A stretch of DNA of 60,537 nt. Source: Macrostomum lignano (Eukaryota). A program made the translations under genes and the position numbers. Position 1 is the first letter of the stretch. Each line of letters begins with the position of its first letter. The DNA is taken from assembly GCA_002269645.1 (NCBI GenBank), contig NIVC01004107.1, forward strand, positions 1-60,537, written 5' to 3'. Shown here piece after piece: positions 1 through 12,500 of the stretch. The notes under the pieces were generated by a model. That model saw only the letters and a list, made by a program, of their open reading frames with translations. It had not been told where the DNA came from and made no database searches.

Positions 1-1948
1 AAAAAAAATATTTTTAGCCCTAGCTATAGTAAAATCACGTGTGATGGCTTTCTAGGATCAGCACTTTGACTAAAGTTCTTTTCTGCATTCCTTTGGGCGG
101 AAATTGATGCCGGATTCTTAGCCGGATAGCTGGTCCAGCAGCCAAAGACAACTAGAAGTACGCGGATCACGTGGATGGGACAAAAGTTTCTTGGAAAACT
201 TATGAAGGCTAAATATTTTTAGAAAAATGTTTAACCGCAATGGAAAAACTGTGACTTAATTGAAAATGTTCAAAAGTTTGATTGGATTAAAACAAAGTTC
301 AAAAGACAACTGTTAAAATAAAATTGTTTTGTGAAACTCGCGAAATTTTCATAACTGTATCATCCAGTAGCGATTTCACGTTATATCTGAATGAAACTCA
401 AATTATACTTTCTTATATAGCAAGCTTTCTTCCCGAAATAATTGCATCTACTAACTGTATGCATGTCAGTAGGACATTAAATATGTCATTCCAAATAATA
501 TCCGCTCGTAGTAACTATATATAATACCATATCATTATTAAGGATCGAATGGCTGTTAATAATTACTTAATTCTCTTTAATTTAATTTTGTTTTACACTT
601 CAAAACTGTTACAAAAAAGCTACAAACAATTAAAACGGCCTCCAAAAATTCACCTTGTTTATTAGTCTCAGCGAAAACTTTCAAGTGCCATTCTACGATT
701 GCGAGTGTACACATTTTTATGTACATATACGAGCGCAATGCGCTTTGACAGGGAGGGATGCCATTTTAAAAAAACATAAACTACGACTACTTGATGCGGT
801 TAAAATTTCAGATCCGCGCAATCTCGCGCTGATGCCAAAATCTTTGGATTTTAGTGCTTTGGCGAACTTTGGAAATGGGTTAATATATACATACAGATAC
901 TACTTGTTGCGGGTTTGCCTTGGAGGGTCGTAAAATAGGGAACGATGTTTTTACGACCGAATGATACATTGGAATGCGCACTAGGCTTCTAGTGCCAAAG
1001 GCATACCGTTAGATACAGATGTTCTTGCGTGGCCCCAGAATTACTGCATGGACGTCTAGGCTATATAGACACCTGGACTTGGAACTTGGCATTAATTATC
1101 AATGACATAAAAAAGCGAAAATTATAACTCAATCGGTTACAAGGCTACAAAAATTATTCATACGTGTAATTAATAGAAAAATATTAGAAATAAAAATTCA
1201 AAGCTAATTTTTTGTTCAGCTGTATGCAGATTTTTTTCTTGTTTGATGTAAATTTTAATCTATAAAATTGTACCGTAATTATAATGACTTTTTTCTAATT
1301 TCTAATTTATAAGTTGAGCAGAAGTCTGGTAAATAACCAATATTTAATAAAAGTGAATTAATCCACCAATTAACGAAATTTACTTAGTTTATAATTTTAA
1401 AACAATCGATGCTTGTTTGTTGTTTCGTTTTTTTTATATTATTGACTTTTTAAAAGATCGATTCACGATTCTAACGCGGTTTCCAATCTGAGTAATCTCG
1501 AAGTCCCTGACGGATGACAGATGGGGAGATGACCGCATTCCGGGGTGAAAGAAAGCTGTGGTAAGGATGGAAAATTGTCGAAATTTCCACACCCAAGTTT
1601 AATAAATCCCGAATATATCCGTACTACACTAGCTACCTGCGGCAACAACCGTGCATTAGAGCCAAAGCGATCTTATTGCATGAAAATCTGGAATGCCTAA
1701 AACAAAAAACAGCCGATACGGAGAACCCGCGGGAAATCCGGGAATTGGCTGGGATGACGCTGGACTAACCGTCCCCCCCTCGGGATGACGCCTGGACCTT
1801 TCCCTCCTCAGGCTCAACGGGAGAATCTCAATCCGCCTACGCAACAGCAATAAAAACAAAAAAATTACACAAAAATAACGGAAACAACTGCAACAACAAC
1901 ATCAACAAAATTGATTTCTTGGCTACATGTAGGTCTCAAGGACAGCTT

Positions 1949-2178
1949 TCAGCAAATCCCCAATGAGCCATGGCATCTCTGGAGCAACTCCTCATTGAGC
2001 TATGACATCTCAGCAACTCCCCATTGAGCCATGACATCTCAGCAACTCCCCCCATTGAGCCAATTGGCATCTCAGCAACTCCCCATTGAGCCATGGCATC
2101 TCAGCAACTCCCTATTGAGCCTTGGCATCTCAGCAACTCCCATATTGAGCCATGGCTTCTCAGCAACTCCCATTGAGC
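1949..2178. repeat. Minisatellite, ~29-30 bp unit (CAGCAACTCCCCATTGAGCCATGGCATCT)
   Basis: About 7-8 degenerate copies. Confidence 0.85.
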
Positions 2179-3377
2179 AACTACACTTTGAGCAAGCCTC
2201 AGTCAATGGAAGGCTGGAGTAAGCCTAATGGAGTAATGGTGCCCTAAAAATGAGGATGTTATACAAGGTTTTTCACTCCATATTCTCGCTCGAGATCGCC
2301 CTGCATTCAAGGCCACGGAAAAAAGGAAAAATAAACCAATCAAAAATCGTCCAAAAAGAAGATCTTTCGCGTGGGTGGAGTAACAAATCCTTTTGCACAG
2401 TCCTGAGGTATGGCCTGAACCTGAAGGAAAAGGCTGTTCAGGTATGCAAAAGTTCGCGGCATTTCCAGGGGTTGCGGCAGGACACCACGGTCATGCGGGC
2501 CCTGGCATGCCAAAGCAAAGCTTGGGATTTGATTGGGGCGGCTATAGGTATAGCAGATCGACTTGGAGGAGGCTGGGGGGATGATGGGGCATAGCTTAAG
2601 CTGTCAGCTGCCCGCCTTCCTCCTGTGTAGCAGCCAGCGGGGACAGACGGACAGACAGATAGAAAAATATTCAAATCAATAGAGGCTCTGCTGCTAGTTC
2701 CTCCGGTTGCACAGCTCGTGTGGATGTGTAAAAGACAGGGACATGCAGCAGACGACAAATATGCAGTCAGCAGTCATGGGGGCGGGTGCATGGGATGCAA
2801 TCTGGGGGGCAGAAACACATTGCGAACGACAGTCTCACGACAGAACACAACAGCTGTACCTCATCCATATAACTTCGAGAGTCTGCAGATGCAGTTAGAA
2901 TATGGCCAAGCAAAGCTGTTAAATGTGTCTGTCATTGATTTTTCTGTGACTAAAGCTGGGAATCTCTGTCTACCCGTTGTTCCGGTATAACGGAGAAGAG
3001 AGAAGAGGCGAAAAGGAACTTTCAAAAGAATTCGACAGCTACCAAAAATAGTCATTCATCTTTATAGCGAACGCTTACATTGTCAGGAGCGTTTGACATG
3101 CGTTTGTACTTGTTCGGTCGCTTTCCTTCATTCATCGAATTTTTACTAAGTAAAAATGCTTTTTGCAACGCGTGTGTCGACAAATATGCATGGTTTTTAA
3201 ACTTGCAATTTTTGACTGATTTTTGACTTGGAGAATTTCATTTTTAAAATGACAATAACGGTTTTAATTTTAACTCTACAGTCCCTCTTAGAAAACTATT
3301 TTTGAATCCCATTCATAGGATTGCGCACCGAAAGTGTCAATCCTAGAGATTCACTCTTAAACATTCACTATTAGAAC

Positions 3378-3554
3378 GTCACTTTCAAACTGTCACTCTC
3401 AGAATTTCACTCTCAAACTGTCACTCTCAGAATTTCACTCTCAAACTGCCACTCTCAGGATGTCTCTCTCAAACTGTCACTCTCAAACTGTCACTCTCAG
3501 AATATCACTCTCAGAATGTCACTCTCAAACTGTCACTCTCAAACTGTCACTCTC
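3378..3554. repeat. Minisatellite, 14 bp unit (CTGTCACTCTCAAA)
   Basis: Tandem copies in the kinase intron downstream of exon 3. Confidence 0.9.
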
Positions 3555-3625
3555 GGACTATCATCCCCGAGAAACTCTATGCTCAATGTGCGCCGCAATG
3601 ACAACTAACTGCTTGCGTCTCTCAC

Positions 3626-3896
3626 CGGTGCTAATCGGCTCATAGTTGAGCACCTCCGGCGCGGCGTAGTCCGGCGTGCCGTCCATCGTGACGTTGTTGG
3701 AGGCGTCGTCGCCCAGCCGTTTGACCAAGCCGAAGTCGCACATGCACAGGTCGCAGTCTGGGTAGGGCCGGCGAAGCAGCAGGTTGCAGGGCTTCACGTC
3801 CAGGTGGCACATCCGCCTGCTGTGCAGGAAGTCCAGGCCGGCCAGGAGCCGAGCAGCCGCCAGACGGCAAAACTCCACGTGCTGCTGCTGATGCTG
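3626..3896 (-). CDS. Kinase exon 3 (subdomains VIa-VIII)
   Basis: HLDVKPCN, DFG and APE motifs; donor GTGAG at 3625. The exact acceptor is ambiguous within a CAG repeat. Confidence 0.85.
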
Positions 3897-5501
3897 CTGT
3901 TGGTGTTTTTGATGGTGGCGGAATTTGATTGTGTACGAGCGTATAAGAGCGATTAAACTCACCAGAATCGACTAGGATATTCTTAAAGTGTCTCTAAAAA
4001 CTCCTAAAGCATCTTTATATTCCCAATATCACTAAAAAATCATTAAGGCCTTTAAACTGTCCCCAGTGTCTCTAAAATATCCCCAATGTCTCTAAAATAT
4101 CCTCAGTGTCTCTAAAATATCCCTAATGGCTCTAAAATATCCCCAATGTCTCTAAAATATCCCAATGTCTCTAAAGTATCCCAGTGTCTCTAAAATATCC
4201 CCAATGTCTCTAAAGTATTCCCAGTGTCTCTAAAACATTCCTAATGCCTCTAACCATCCCCAGGATCTCTAAAATATCTCCACCCTCTAAAAATACCCAG
4301 AAATTCTCAAATATAATTTCAAGATTCATCCACAGGTGTCTTAAAAAACCATAACTCCCATTCAAATATCTCCTACTAAAAGATCCCCAGCATCAAACTC
4401 AAAGATGACGAACTCGTCCGTTGCAGTCCTCGCAATCGTCGCCAATTGACGCGATGACGGCATCCTGCAGACTGCCACCCTGGCACGTCTCGAGCAGAAT
4501 GACGGACTCCTGCTTGGTTGCTAAGCAACGGCGCATTTGAACAAAACTGGCGTGCCCGTGCGCCATTCGCAGGATGCTCAGCTCCGTGTCAACGATGCTC
4601 TTCATGTTGCGCCCGTTGCCGCAGAATCTGCGCCACCGCTGCAGCTTGGCGGCGAACAGCTCGCCGTTGGCGCGGTGCCGTACGGCGACAACTTTAGCGA
4701 AGCGGCCACTGATTAAAACAAAGAAAAATTTTAACAGATTTTATTTTATGCTGACTGGCAAATATAATATCTAAAATATTTTCAAATGGCACTATTGCTA
4801 TTACAAAAAAGTTGTTTAAAGTTTTAGATTCAATTTTAAAAAATCATACTGTTTTTTGTATTCTATTAAGCAAGACCTTCAAACATTAAATAGTTTTTTA
4901 TTTGACTCCTATGTCATTTTTCTTACAATTATAGCTTTCAACTGGGAAGCTTATTTATATTTTTTCAACAATGTTTATTGTTAAACACTAAAGCAAATAT
5001 TTTAGTTTTTATTGTTACATATTTACAATGATTTTTTAACATAAAAGGCTTAGTTTCCTCTGTCTAATAGAAATAGCGCTGAATCGAATTTTTTGGCTAA
5101 TTTCAGGTTTTTATATTAGAATTAGGTTAAGTTAAAAGTTTAATATTACTTGTTTAATTGCTAATTTTTTATACTGTGTACCAAACAGCACAACTTTTTA
5201 TTATATCAAAAATCAATTTTATATAGATATTTTATAATTCTAAATTTATTCTTTTTAATTTTGCTGCAATAAATGCAAGAAACAAATTTTAGTATAGCAA
5301 CAATTTCATAAAATGATATACAAACACATCTTTAGAAAAACAAATGGAAATTAATCCTATTTACCGTCCAAGCTCTTTTAGAGTTTCGTAGGTTTCGTTA
5401 AGCGAAGTTATGGCAGTTTCTGCCAGATGATCCTTGTCTGCTAGTCCCACGTGACAGTCCATGGGCGAATGTGTTGAACTATCCAGTGCGTTTTTAGGCA
5501 T
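3626..5501 (-). CDS. Drak: DRAK/STK17-like (DAPK family) Ser/Thr kinase, 5' part; exons 5501-5365, 4708-4414, ~3896-3626
   Basis: Spliced translation MPKNALD...TLKELGR|GRFAKVVAVRH...FAAK...TELSIL...ETCQGGSL...|...LAGLDFLHSRRMCHLDVKPCNLLL...CDFG...GTPDYAAPEVLNYEPIST. GT-AG sites have matching phases (2, 0). The activation-segment motif is typical of DRAK/DAPK kinases. Downstream exons were not found. Confidence 0.85.
4061..4298. repeat. Minisatellite, ~20 bp unit (TGTCTCTAAAATATCCCCAA)
   Basis: Fills kinase intron 2. Confidence 0.9.
4414..4708 (-). CDS. Kinase exon 2 (subdomains I-V)
   Basis: Acceptor TCAG at 4712-4709, donor GTTCGT at 4413. Encodes GRFAKV, AAK and the helix-C Glu. Confidence 0.8.
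5365..5501 (-). CDS. Kinase exon 1 (ATG to ...KELG-R, phase-2 donor GTAAAT)
   Basis: 137 nt. CG|T joins exon 2 to give ELGRGRFAKV, the glycine-rich loop. Confidence 0.8.
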
Positions 5502-5982
5502 TTTTAGTTCAGAAAAAAAATCTGAGTTTCACCCTTATGTATATTTTCCAGTAAAGCGCTTACAAAAGCGGTCAAAGAAGGAGTGGTATGAATTTTTTTA
5601 GGATCATGGTCCATGCGCGCCACGATATCTTTCACACATTTAAAAAGATTCTTTTAACTTGTAGCTAGTAAAACAAAATTAAAAAATGGTCTCAGAGCTG
5701 TTATAATGATTACAAATTTCTGGCCTAAGTGAAAAAATCCTTGTATTTTTAAGTAATAAGTAATAAATTTTACATTTAATGTGTAAAAAAGCAAGCAATG
5801 TTTATGTACATTAGCGCGCTTGCAGTTTTTTAAACGATACTTTCTGAGAACATTTATATCCAAATCCAATGCACGAGACGTATGTCAAAGTAAATGTGCA
5901 CGCCGCCAGGGCTACATTTCGCGTCATTTACTTAATCCTTTTAACTCGAGGATTTGCATTAGCAGCTCTGATTTAGTAATCA
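5502..5982. promoter_or_regulatory. Candidate bidirectional promoter between kinase and otopetrin start codons
   Basis: Divergent ATGs at 5501 (-) and 5983 (+) are 481 bp apart; AT-rich spacer with two GCGCGC islands. No specific motif is claimed. Confidence 0.5.
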
Positions 5983-6524
5983 ATGTATCAGAGCAGCTCG
6001 GAATCATCAATTGAGCATGGAAATTTCCCATCTGTAATAAATCTTTACGCCGTCGGCGAAAATTCGTCAGCTCATCAGGTGCAAGCACAAAAGACTACAA
6101 AGACTAGCTCAGCCTCACAGACCTACGCTCAGACTGGTCGAACGCCTCTAGACCATCGAGGCGATCCTTTTCTAGCTCTAGCCGCATCGTCTTCTCCGTC
6201 TTCTTACTCAAGACGACAATTCAACGAAGACAAAGCCAGTTATGCATCGAGCCCAACGTACGCGGAATCTCCAACTGGAGGTTGCGGCAGCAGCAGCGGC
6301 AGTCAGCCAGCCATCCTGCCAGCGATGACTTCGTCGGCGATTTCTAGAACTTCCGGTCCGAAAGCTGCGCCACGTGACAGAACCGGAAGCTGCGGATCTC
6401 CGCAGTCATCGGACTGCGAAAGCCACTCCGAAGGCGATCGGCAGCAGCAGCAGAGACAGCTGAGTAGTTCCTCAAGTTCGACTAGCAGCGAAGAGTTGAG
6501 GCCCGCAGCTTTTAAAGCTCGAAT
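5983..6524 (+). CDS. OTOP: Otopetrin exon 1 (Ser-rich N-terminal region)
   Basis: ATG at 5983, phase-2 donor AT|GTGAGT. Low-complexity sequence, so the assignment rests on phase continuity. Confidence 0.65.
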
Positions 6525-9500
6525 GTGAGTTCTGATGCATAAAATGATTGTTTCTACGAATTCATGCAATCTATGCACGTAATAAATGCGAAATCAGTTT
6601 AAATTAATTCGATTTTCAGTTGCTTTGATCAGCTTTAAAATTTGTTTGTTAGACGCTCAGTTTTTATTTACAAAACTCTCCCAAACATTGTTACACTTGA
6701 ATATTCAAAAACTAAATTATAAACCTTCAGTCTTTAACAACCACCTTCCTGAATCCAGATGGAGTGCAGCCTCCTCCGGACTTCGAAAACAGCCGCCGCC
6801 GCCGCCGCCGCCGCCGCCGCAGTTGCAGTCGAACATCCCTCAGCGGGCCGGGATGAACATTGTAGGCAGCCCGTCGCCCTCGTCTAATAGCGCCGGTTCG
6901 AATCCGGGCTGCGGTACCCGACACTCGCTGATCAGTCAGTTCAGCTCGGCCACTGGCCGAATGGAGACCGTGTTGGCTGAGACCATCGTTGAGAGCATCG
7001 CGCTCCAGTGCGCTGGAGGAGTCGCCGACTCTGGTGAGCTGATGAGATTAAGGTGGCTCTCTGACTCAGATTTTATAGTCTCCTCTGACACGGATTTTAA
7101 GGCCCTCTGACACGGATTTTAAGGCCCTCTGACACGGATTTTAAGGCCCTCTGACACGGATTTTAAGGCCCTCTGACACGGATTTTAAGGCCCTCTGACA
7201 CGGATTTTAAGGCCCTCTGACACGGATTTTAAGGCCCTCTGACACGGATTTTAAGGCCCTCTGACACCTTTTACATGTAAGCTTCTCCTGGCACTACCTT
7301 AGCGTGTCTTGACACTAAAATTAGTGTCACCGAATAAAAAACCTTTAGCCGTTCTATTATATTTTCTTGAACTCTCTTTTTAAGCGTGTCCTGACACCTA
7401 CGAGGTATATTTTAACAGGCAAATATTTTGATTGTACAATATTAAATATTTAAACCGTTAGTTTTCATTCTTTAAAATCCAAAAAAACACTCCATGCCAG
7501 CGTTTATGCAGCTTATTTAGTACAGCAATGCCCCCCCCCCCCCCTAGTACATCAAAACTCAATAGGAGCTTCAATCAAACGCCGCTGCTATCCCCTCAAA
7601 AGCCCCTCTATACTCACTCGTACACACCGTCCCGCCTACAGCCAGGCAGTGGAGAGCCTCCTCAATTCTGTCATGCTTACTCCAAGCCAAGTTTCCGCGT
7701 CTGTAAGGTAGAGAAAAAAATACCAATGCAGCTAGTTAGCGTGACACATGACATTAGAGATTTTGGGAGCTCAGAGTAGCAGGGGAGAATAGTTTGTAAC
7801 AGAAGCACTGAGAGGCGGCGGCGAGCAAGGCCACTATAGTTACTACTGAGGACTAATCTGTCATTGCCAAAACCAGCCCGTGTAACTGCAGTGTCCTCCT
7901 CTCTTGCTACCTGGCGTGTTCTTGGCCACGCAAACACGCGCAAAACTCTATTAGACATCAAAGCTTTTATAACAAGAACTACAGCAGTGAAGCGAGCGAT
8001 CCACTCTCTCAGACAAGATTAAGAAACACAATCTCAATGCTTTCTAATCAGTTATTCACTTTATTGGTAATGAATTACATGGGATAGAGGGTGTTTGACT
8101 TTTTATCTCCGTGATTTAGTGCACCTGTACCGCTGGGTAACAATTGTGCTCAAGGAAAGTCTCCACTGGACAACTTTGTGTTGTGTAGACTAACAGCTGA
8201 ATTATTAAACGATTTGATCAGATTGCGCGACACTGATCCCGACTCTGATAGGTCTCGCTCACGCAGTAGCCATGAACACTCTGACAACGCCTCACTCTGG
8301 AGTCTCTCGATCCCTATCCTACTGTGTTCTGACCTGCTACCGACTCAATGAATAGATAGGGGATGAAGTGATGGTTTGACTGTAAATCCTGTTCTCACTC
8401 GGATCAGTCACTTGAAAATCCGAAGTCATTGCAGTGACTTATTCACCTGCATCAGTCACTAATGTGGCTATCAAAGTCATTGCAGTGACTTATTCACCTG
8501 CATCAATCACTAATGTGGCTATCAAAGTCATTGCAGTGACTTATTCACCTGGATCTGTCACTCAGTCAAATCATTATTGAGTTTAACATAATCTTTCGAA
8601 CATCTTAAGATACCCTTGCGCAGAAGCGATTTAGCGAGGACAGGCCTTTGATCCATACAAATATTGATTATTAAGTTTGTCCGACGAGTTTCGATCGTAT
8701 CAACGCTTGAGCAGCTCAACCGTATTGAGCTATCCGCGATACCCGATCATCCTTATCATCATCGAGATGGACAGCTCAAACTCCCCTTACGCATACTTGA
8801 GCTACTGAGCATCAATCAATATTACAACGTAGAAAGCCTAATTTTGTCCGGATACTTCATTGAGCAGGGAGAGGCAGTATGAGTCATAATTACATTTTCA
8901 TCTTGCGGAAAGCATGAGGACACAGTCACCACATCTCTCTCTCCATCCCACCCACCAATTGCTTGATCCGAGGAAACGAGACAAAAATTGAAAACCCCCC
9001 GACGTGGAAGAGAAGAAACTCGTGGAAAATCGTCGAGTTTGAGTTTTCAGTTAACGTGAAAACCGCGGCTAGGTTATTTGCATCTTATTCGCTTGTCTGA
9101 CTCTGGAGATGCAGTTTTGCTCAATCAAATTTCAGACAGTCGCTGCCGTATGACTCATCCAGAAGTTTCCTGTTCCTCAACCTGCAATTTTCATGGGATC
9201 TTTCTATGCAGCAGAACAAAATCCTGTTATAATTAGCACTTGATGCACTTCTCAAACCAGCAATTCTGGGCATCTATAAAGTTTTCTAACTTAAAAAACT
9301 AGCTATGCTAAATATCTCAAGCTAAAACTGTCTCCATGCTCAAACATCCCATACTCAGAATATCCCCATAATCAAAATATCCCCATACTCAGAATATCCC
9401 CATACTCAGAATATCCCCATACTCAAAATATCCCATACTCAGAATATCCCCATACTCAGAATATCCCCATACTCAGAATATCCCCATACTCAAAATATCC

Positions 9501-12500
9501 CCATACTCAAAATATTCCCATACTCAAAATATCCCCATACTCAAAATATCCCTATACTCAAAATATCCCTATACTCAAAATATCCCTATACTCAAAATAT
9601 CCACATACTCAAAATATCCCCTTGACCAATCACTCAAAATTCAAAATTCTAAATGTCCTATACATAAACGAATCACATCCTTAAAATTATCCATTTAGCT
9701 TCCTAATTAAAAGCCCTCACACCTGTCAATCAACTTCTCACCCTTGCAGGCATCAGCAATACTTCCCCCGAGACGCAGAGCTCAACAGAGTTTCAGCACT
9801 TGATCTTGGCGAAAGCCGATGCCTCCTCATCAAGGACGCCAACTCTGATGCTGGGCGGCAAGGCACCAAGGCAGCACTGCAGTCAGCAGCATCAGCTGCT
9901 GTCACCTCGTCGACATCCTCAGCAAGTTGGCAGGCACGGGACGCCTCTGGTGGGCATTCTGAAACCGACTGGTGCTGCCAACATTGACCTGCAGACCGGA
10001 TATATGCAAGAGGCGTTTAAGTGAGCTTTTGACGTGCGGTGGGGCTGTCTTTAGGGCGTCGATTCGGGTGTCGTTAGGGCGCCGATTTGGGTGTCTTTAG
10101 GGCGTCGATTCGGGTGTCTTTAGGGCGTCGATTCGAGTGTCTTTAGGGCGTCGATTCGAGTGTCTTTAGGGCGCCGATTCGGGTGTCTTTAGGGCGCCAA
10201 TTCGGGTGTCTTTAGGGCGCCGATTTGGGTGTCTTTAGGGCGCCGATTCGGGTGTCTTTAGGGCGTCGATTCGAATGTCTTTAGGGCGTCGATTCGAGTG
10301 TCTTTAGGGCGTCGATTCGGGTGTCTTTAGGGCGCCGATTCGGGTGTCTTTAGGGCGTCGATTTGAATGTCTTTAAGGCGTCGATGTGAGTCTGAGAGGC
10401 GCCGATCGGCTGTCTTTAGGGCGTCGATTCGGGCGTCTTTAGGGCGCTGATTTGAGTGTCTGAAAGGCGCAAATTCCCGGAGTTTGGCCGCCATAAAAGC
10501 AGACGAAAAAACCTGAATAATAAAAATCCAGAAGATTTTAGCTCGCGGTAATTTCCAATCCAATTTTCTACTATTTTTAGCCGTCCTTGTTGAGCAATTA
10601 GTGCCAACGGAGACCTCTTGTGAAAGTATAGGCAGCAAAAAAGAAACAACTAGCTTGGGTTGAGTCTCCCCAGTCTCCGGTACTTTCATTCATCATTCAT
10701 TTGAGGCAGAGCGAAAACTGCTGATGATCTGCGTGCCCTCTGCGCGGAGTCTGGCGGTATCTGGTTGTGTGGACAAATTATATCCCGGCGATGTGGAAGT
10801 TGTTTTTTCCCTTCTCTCGCTATAAGCTCCCCCCCCCGGAGGCTTTCTGTCAGACTCTCACCCCCCCCCACCCAGGCTCGCCCTCTCGCCGTTTCAGGCA
10901 TCTAAAAATAGAATCTGAGAAGTGAAAACGATTTTTCTGTTAGATTATAGATATTTGTCCCGATTCTGACCGTTTTGCCAGAGCTTACTGATGTTGGAGT
11001 AAACTCTGTAGTAAACTCAGAGATAAACACAATAGTAAACTCATTGATAAACACAATATTAAACTCATTGATAAACACAATATTAAACTCATTGATAAAC
11101 ACAATATTAAACTCATTGATAAACACAATATTAAACTCATAGATAAACACAATATTAAACTCATAGATAAACACAATATTAAACTCATAGATAAATACAA
11201 TAGTAAACTCATTGATAAACACAGTAGTAAACTCATTGATCAACACAATAGTAAACTCATTGATAAATACAATAGTAAACTCATTGATAAACACAGTAGT
11301 AAACTCATTGATCAACACAATAGTAAACTCATTGATAAATACAATAGTAAACTCATTGATAAACACAGTAGTAAACTCATTGATCAACACAATAGTAAAC
11401 TCATTGATAAACACAATAGTAAACTCATTGATCAACACAATAGTAAACTCATAGATAAGCACAATAGTAAACTCATTGATAAACACAATAGTAAACTCAT
11501 TGATCAACACAATAGTAAACTCATAGATAAGCACAATAGTAAACTCATTGATAAACACAATAGTAAACTCATTGATCAACACAATAGTAAACTCATGGAT
11601 AAGCACAATAGCAAACTCATATAGTACACTCAAGTCAAAAGAAACGAGTATTTTCTAGAAAATGCTTTCAAATTGCTAAACAATGTCAAACGAAAATTCT
11701 ATTTGTAGCTAAATGTACTTTTCAATCAGGTATTATCTCAAACCTCTCTTTTTGCATAGGTCTGTCTCTTTCATCTGTTTGTCTTTTGTGTGAGAAAAGA
11801 ACTGAAGCCTCGGCTCTGCTACTTGTGCCACGTTCAGGCAGACCGCTAATCTGGAAGCCGAATTTCTAATTCTATCGAAGCCTGATTTACTGCATTGTGG
11901 CACAGAGAAGACTTGGAATTACAATCCATTCTATAGATTAGCAATCCATTCTATAGATTAGCAATCCATTGCATAGATTAGCAATCCATTCTATAGATTA
12001 GCAATCCATTCTATAGCTTAGCAATCCATTCTATAGATTAGGAATCCATTCTATAGATTAGGAATCCATTCTATAGATTAACAATCCATTCTATAGATTA
12101 GCAATCCATTGCATAGATTAGCAATCCATTGTATAGATTAGCAATCCATTCTATAGATTAGCAATCCATTCTATAGCTTAGCAATCCATTCTATAGATTA
12201 GGAATCCATTCTATAGCTTAGCAATCCATTCTATAGATTAGGAATCCATTGCATAGATTAGCAATCCATTCTATAGATTAGCAATCCATTCTATAGATTA
12301 GCAATCCATTGCATAGATTAGCAATCCATTGCATAGATTAGCAATCCATTGCATAGATTAGCAATCCATTCTATAGATTAGCAATCCATTGCATAGATTA
12401 GCAATCCATTGTATAGATTAGCAATCCATTCTATAGATTAGCAATCCATTCTATAGCTTAGCAATCCATTCTATAGATTAGCAATCCATTCTATAGATTA

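Noticed and set aside
1021-1100. Plus-strand peptide CVAPELLHGRLGY resembling a kinase APE motif
   Set aside because: Wrong strand for the kinase gene, short, and no other kinase motifs.
2250-2758. GC-rich ORFs 2250-2594, 2393-2584 and 2438-2758
   Set aside because: No recognisable domain, and none supplies the missing kinase subdomains; possibly decayed TE sequence.
7039-7046. CTGATGA hammerhead-ribozyme core candidates (also ~38588, ~58363)
   Set aside because: No downstream GAAA with the required three stems; the 58363 hit lies inside RT coding sequence.
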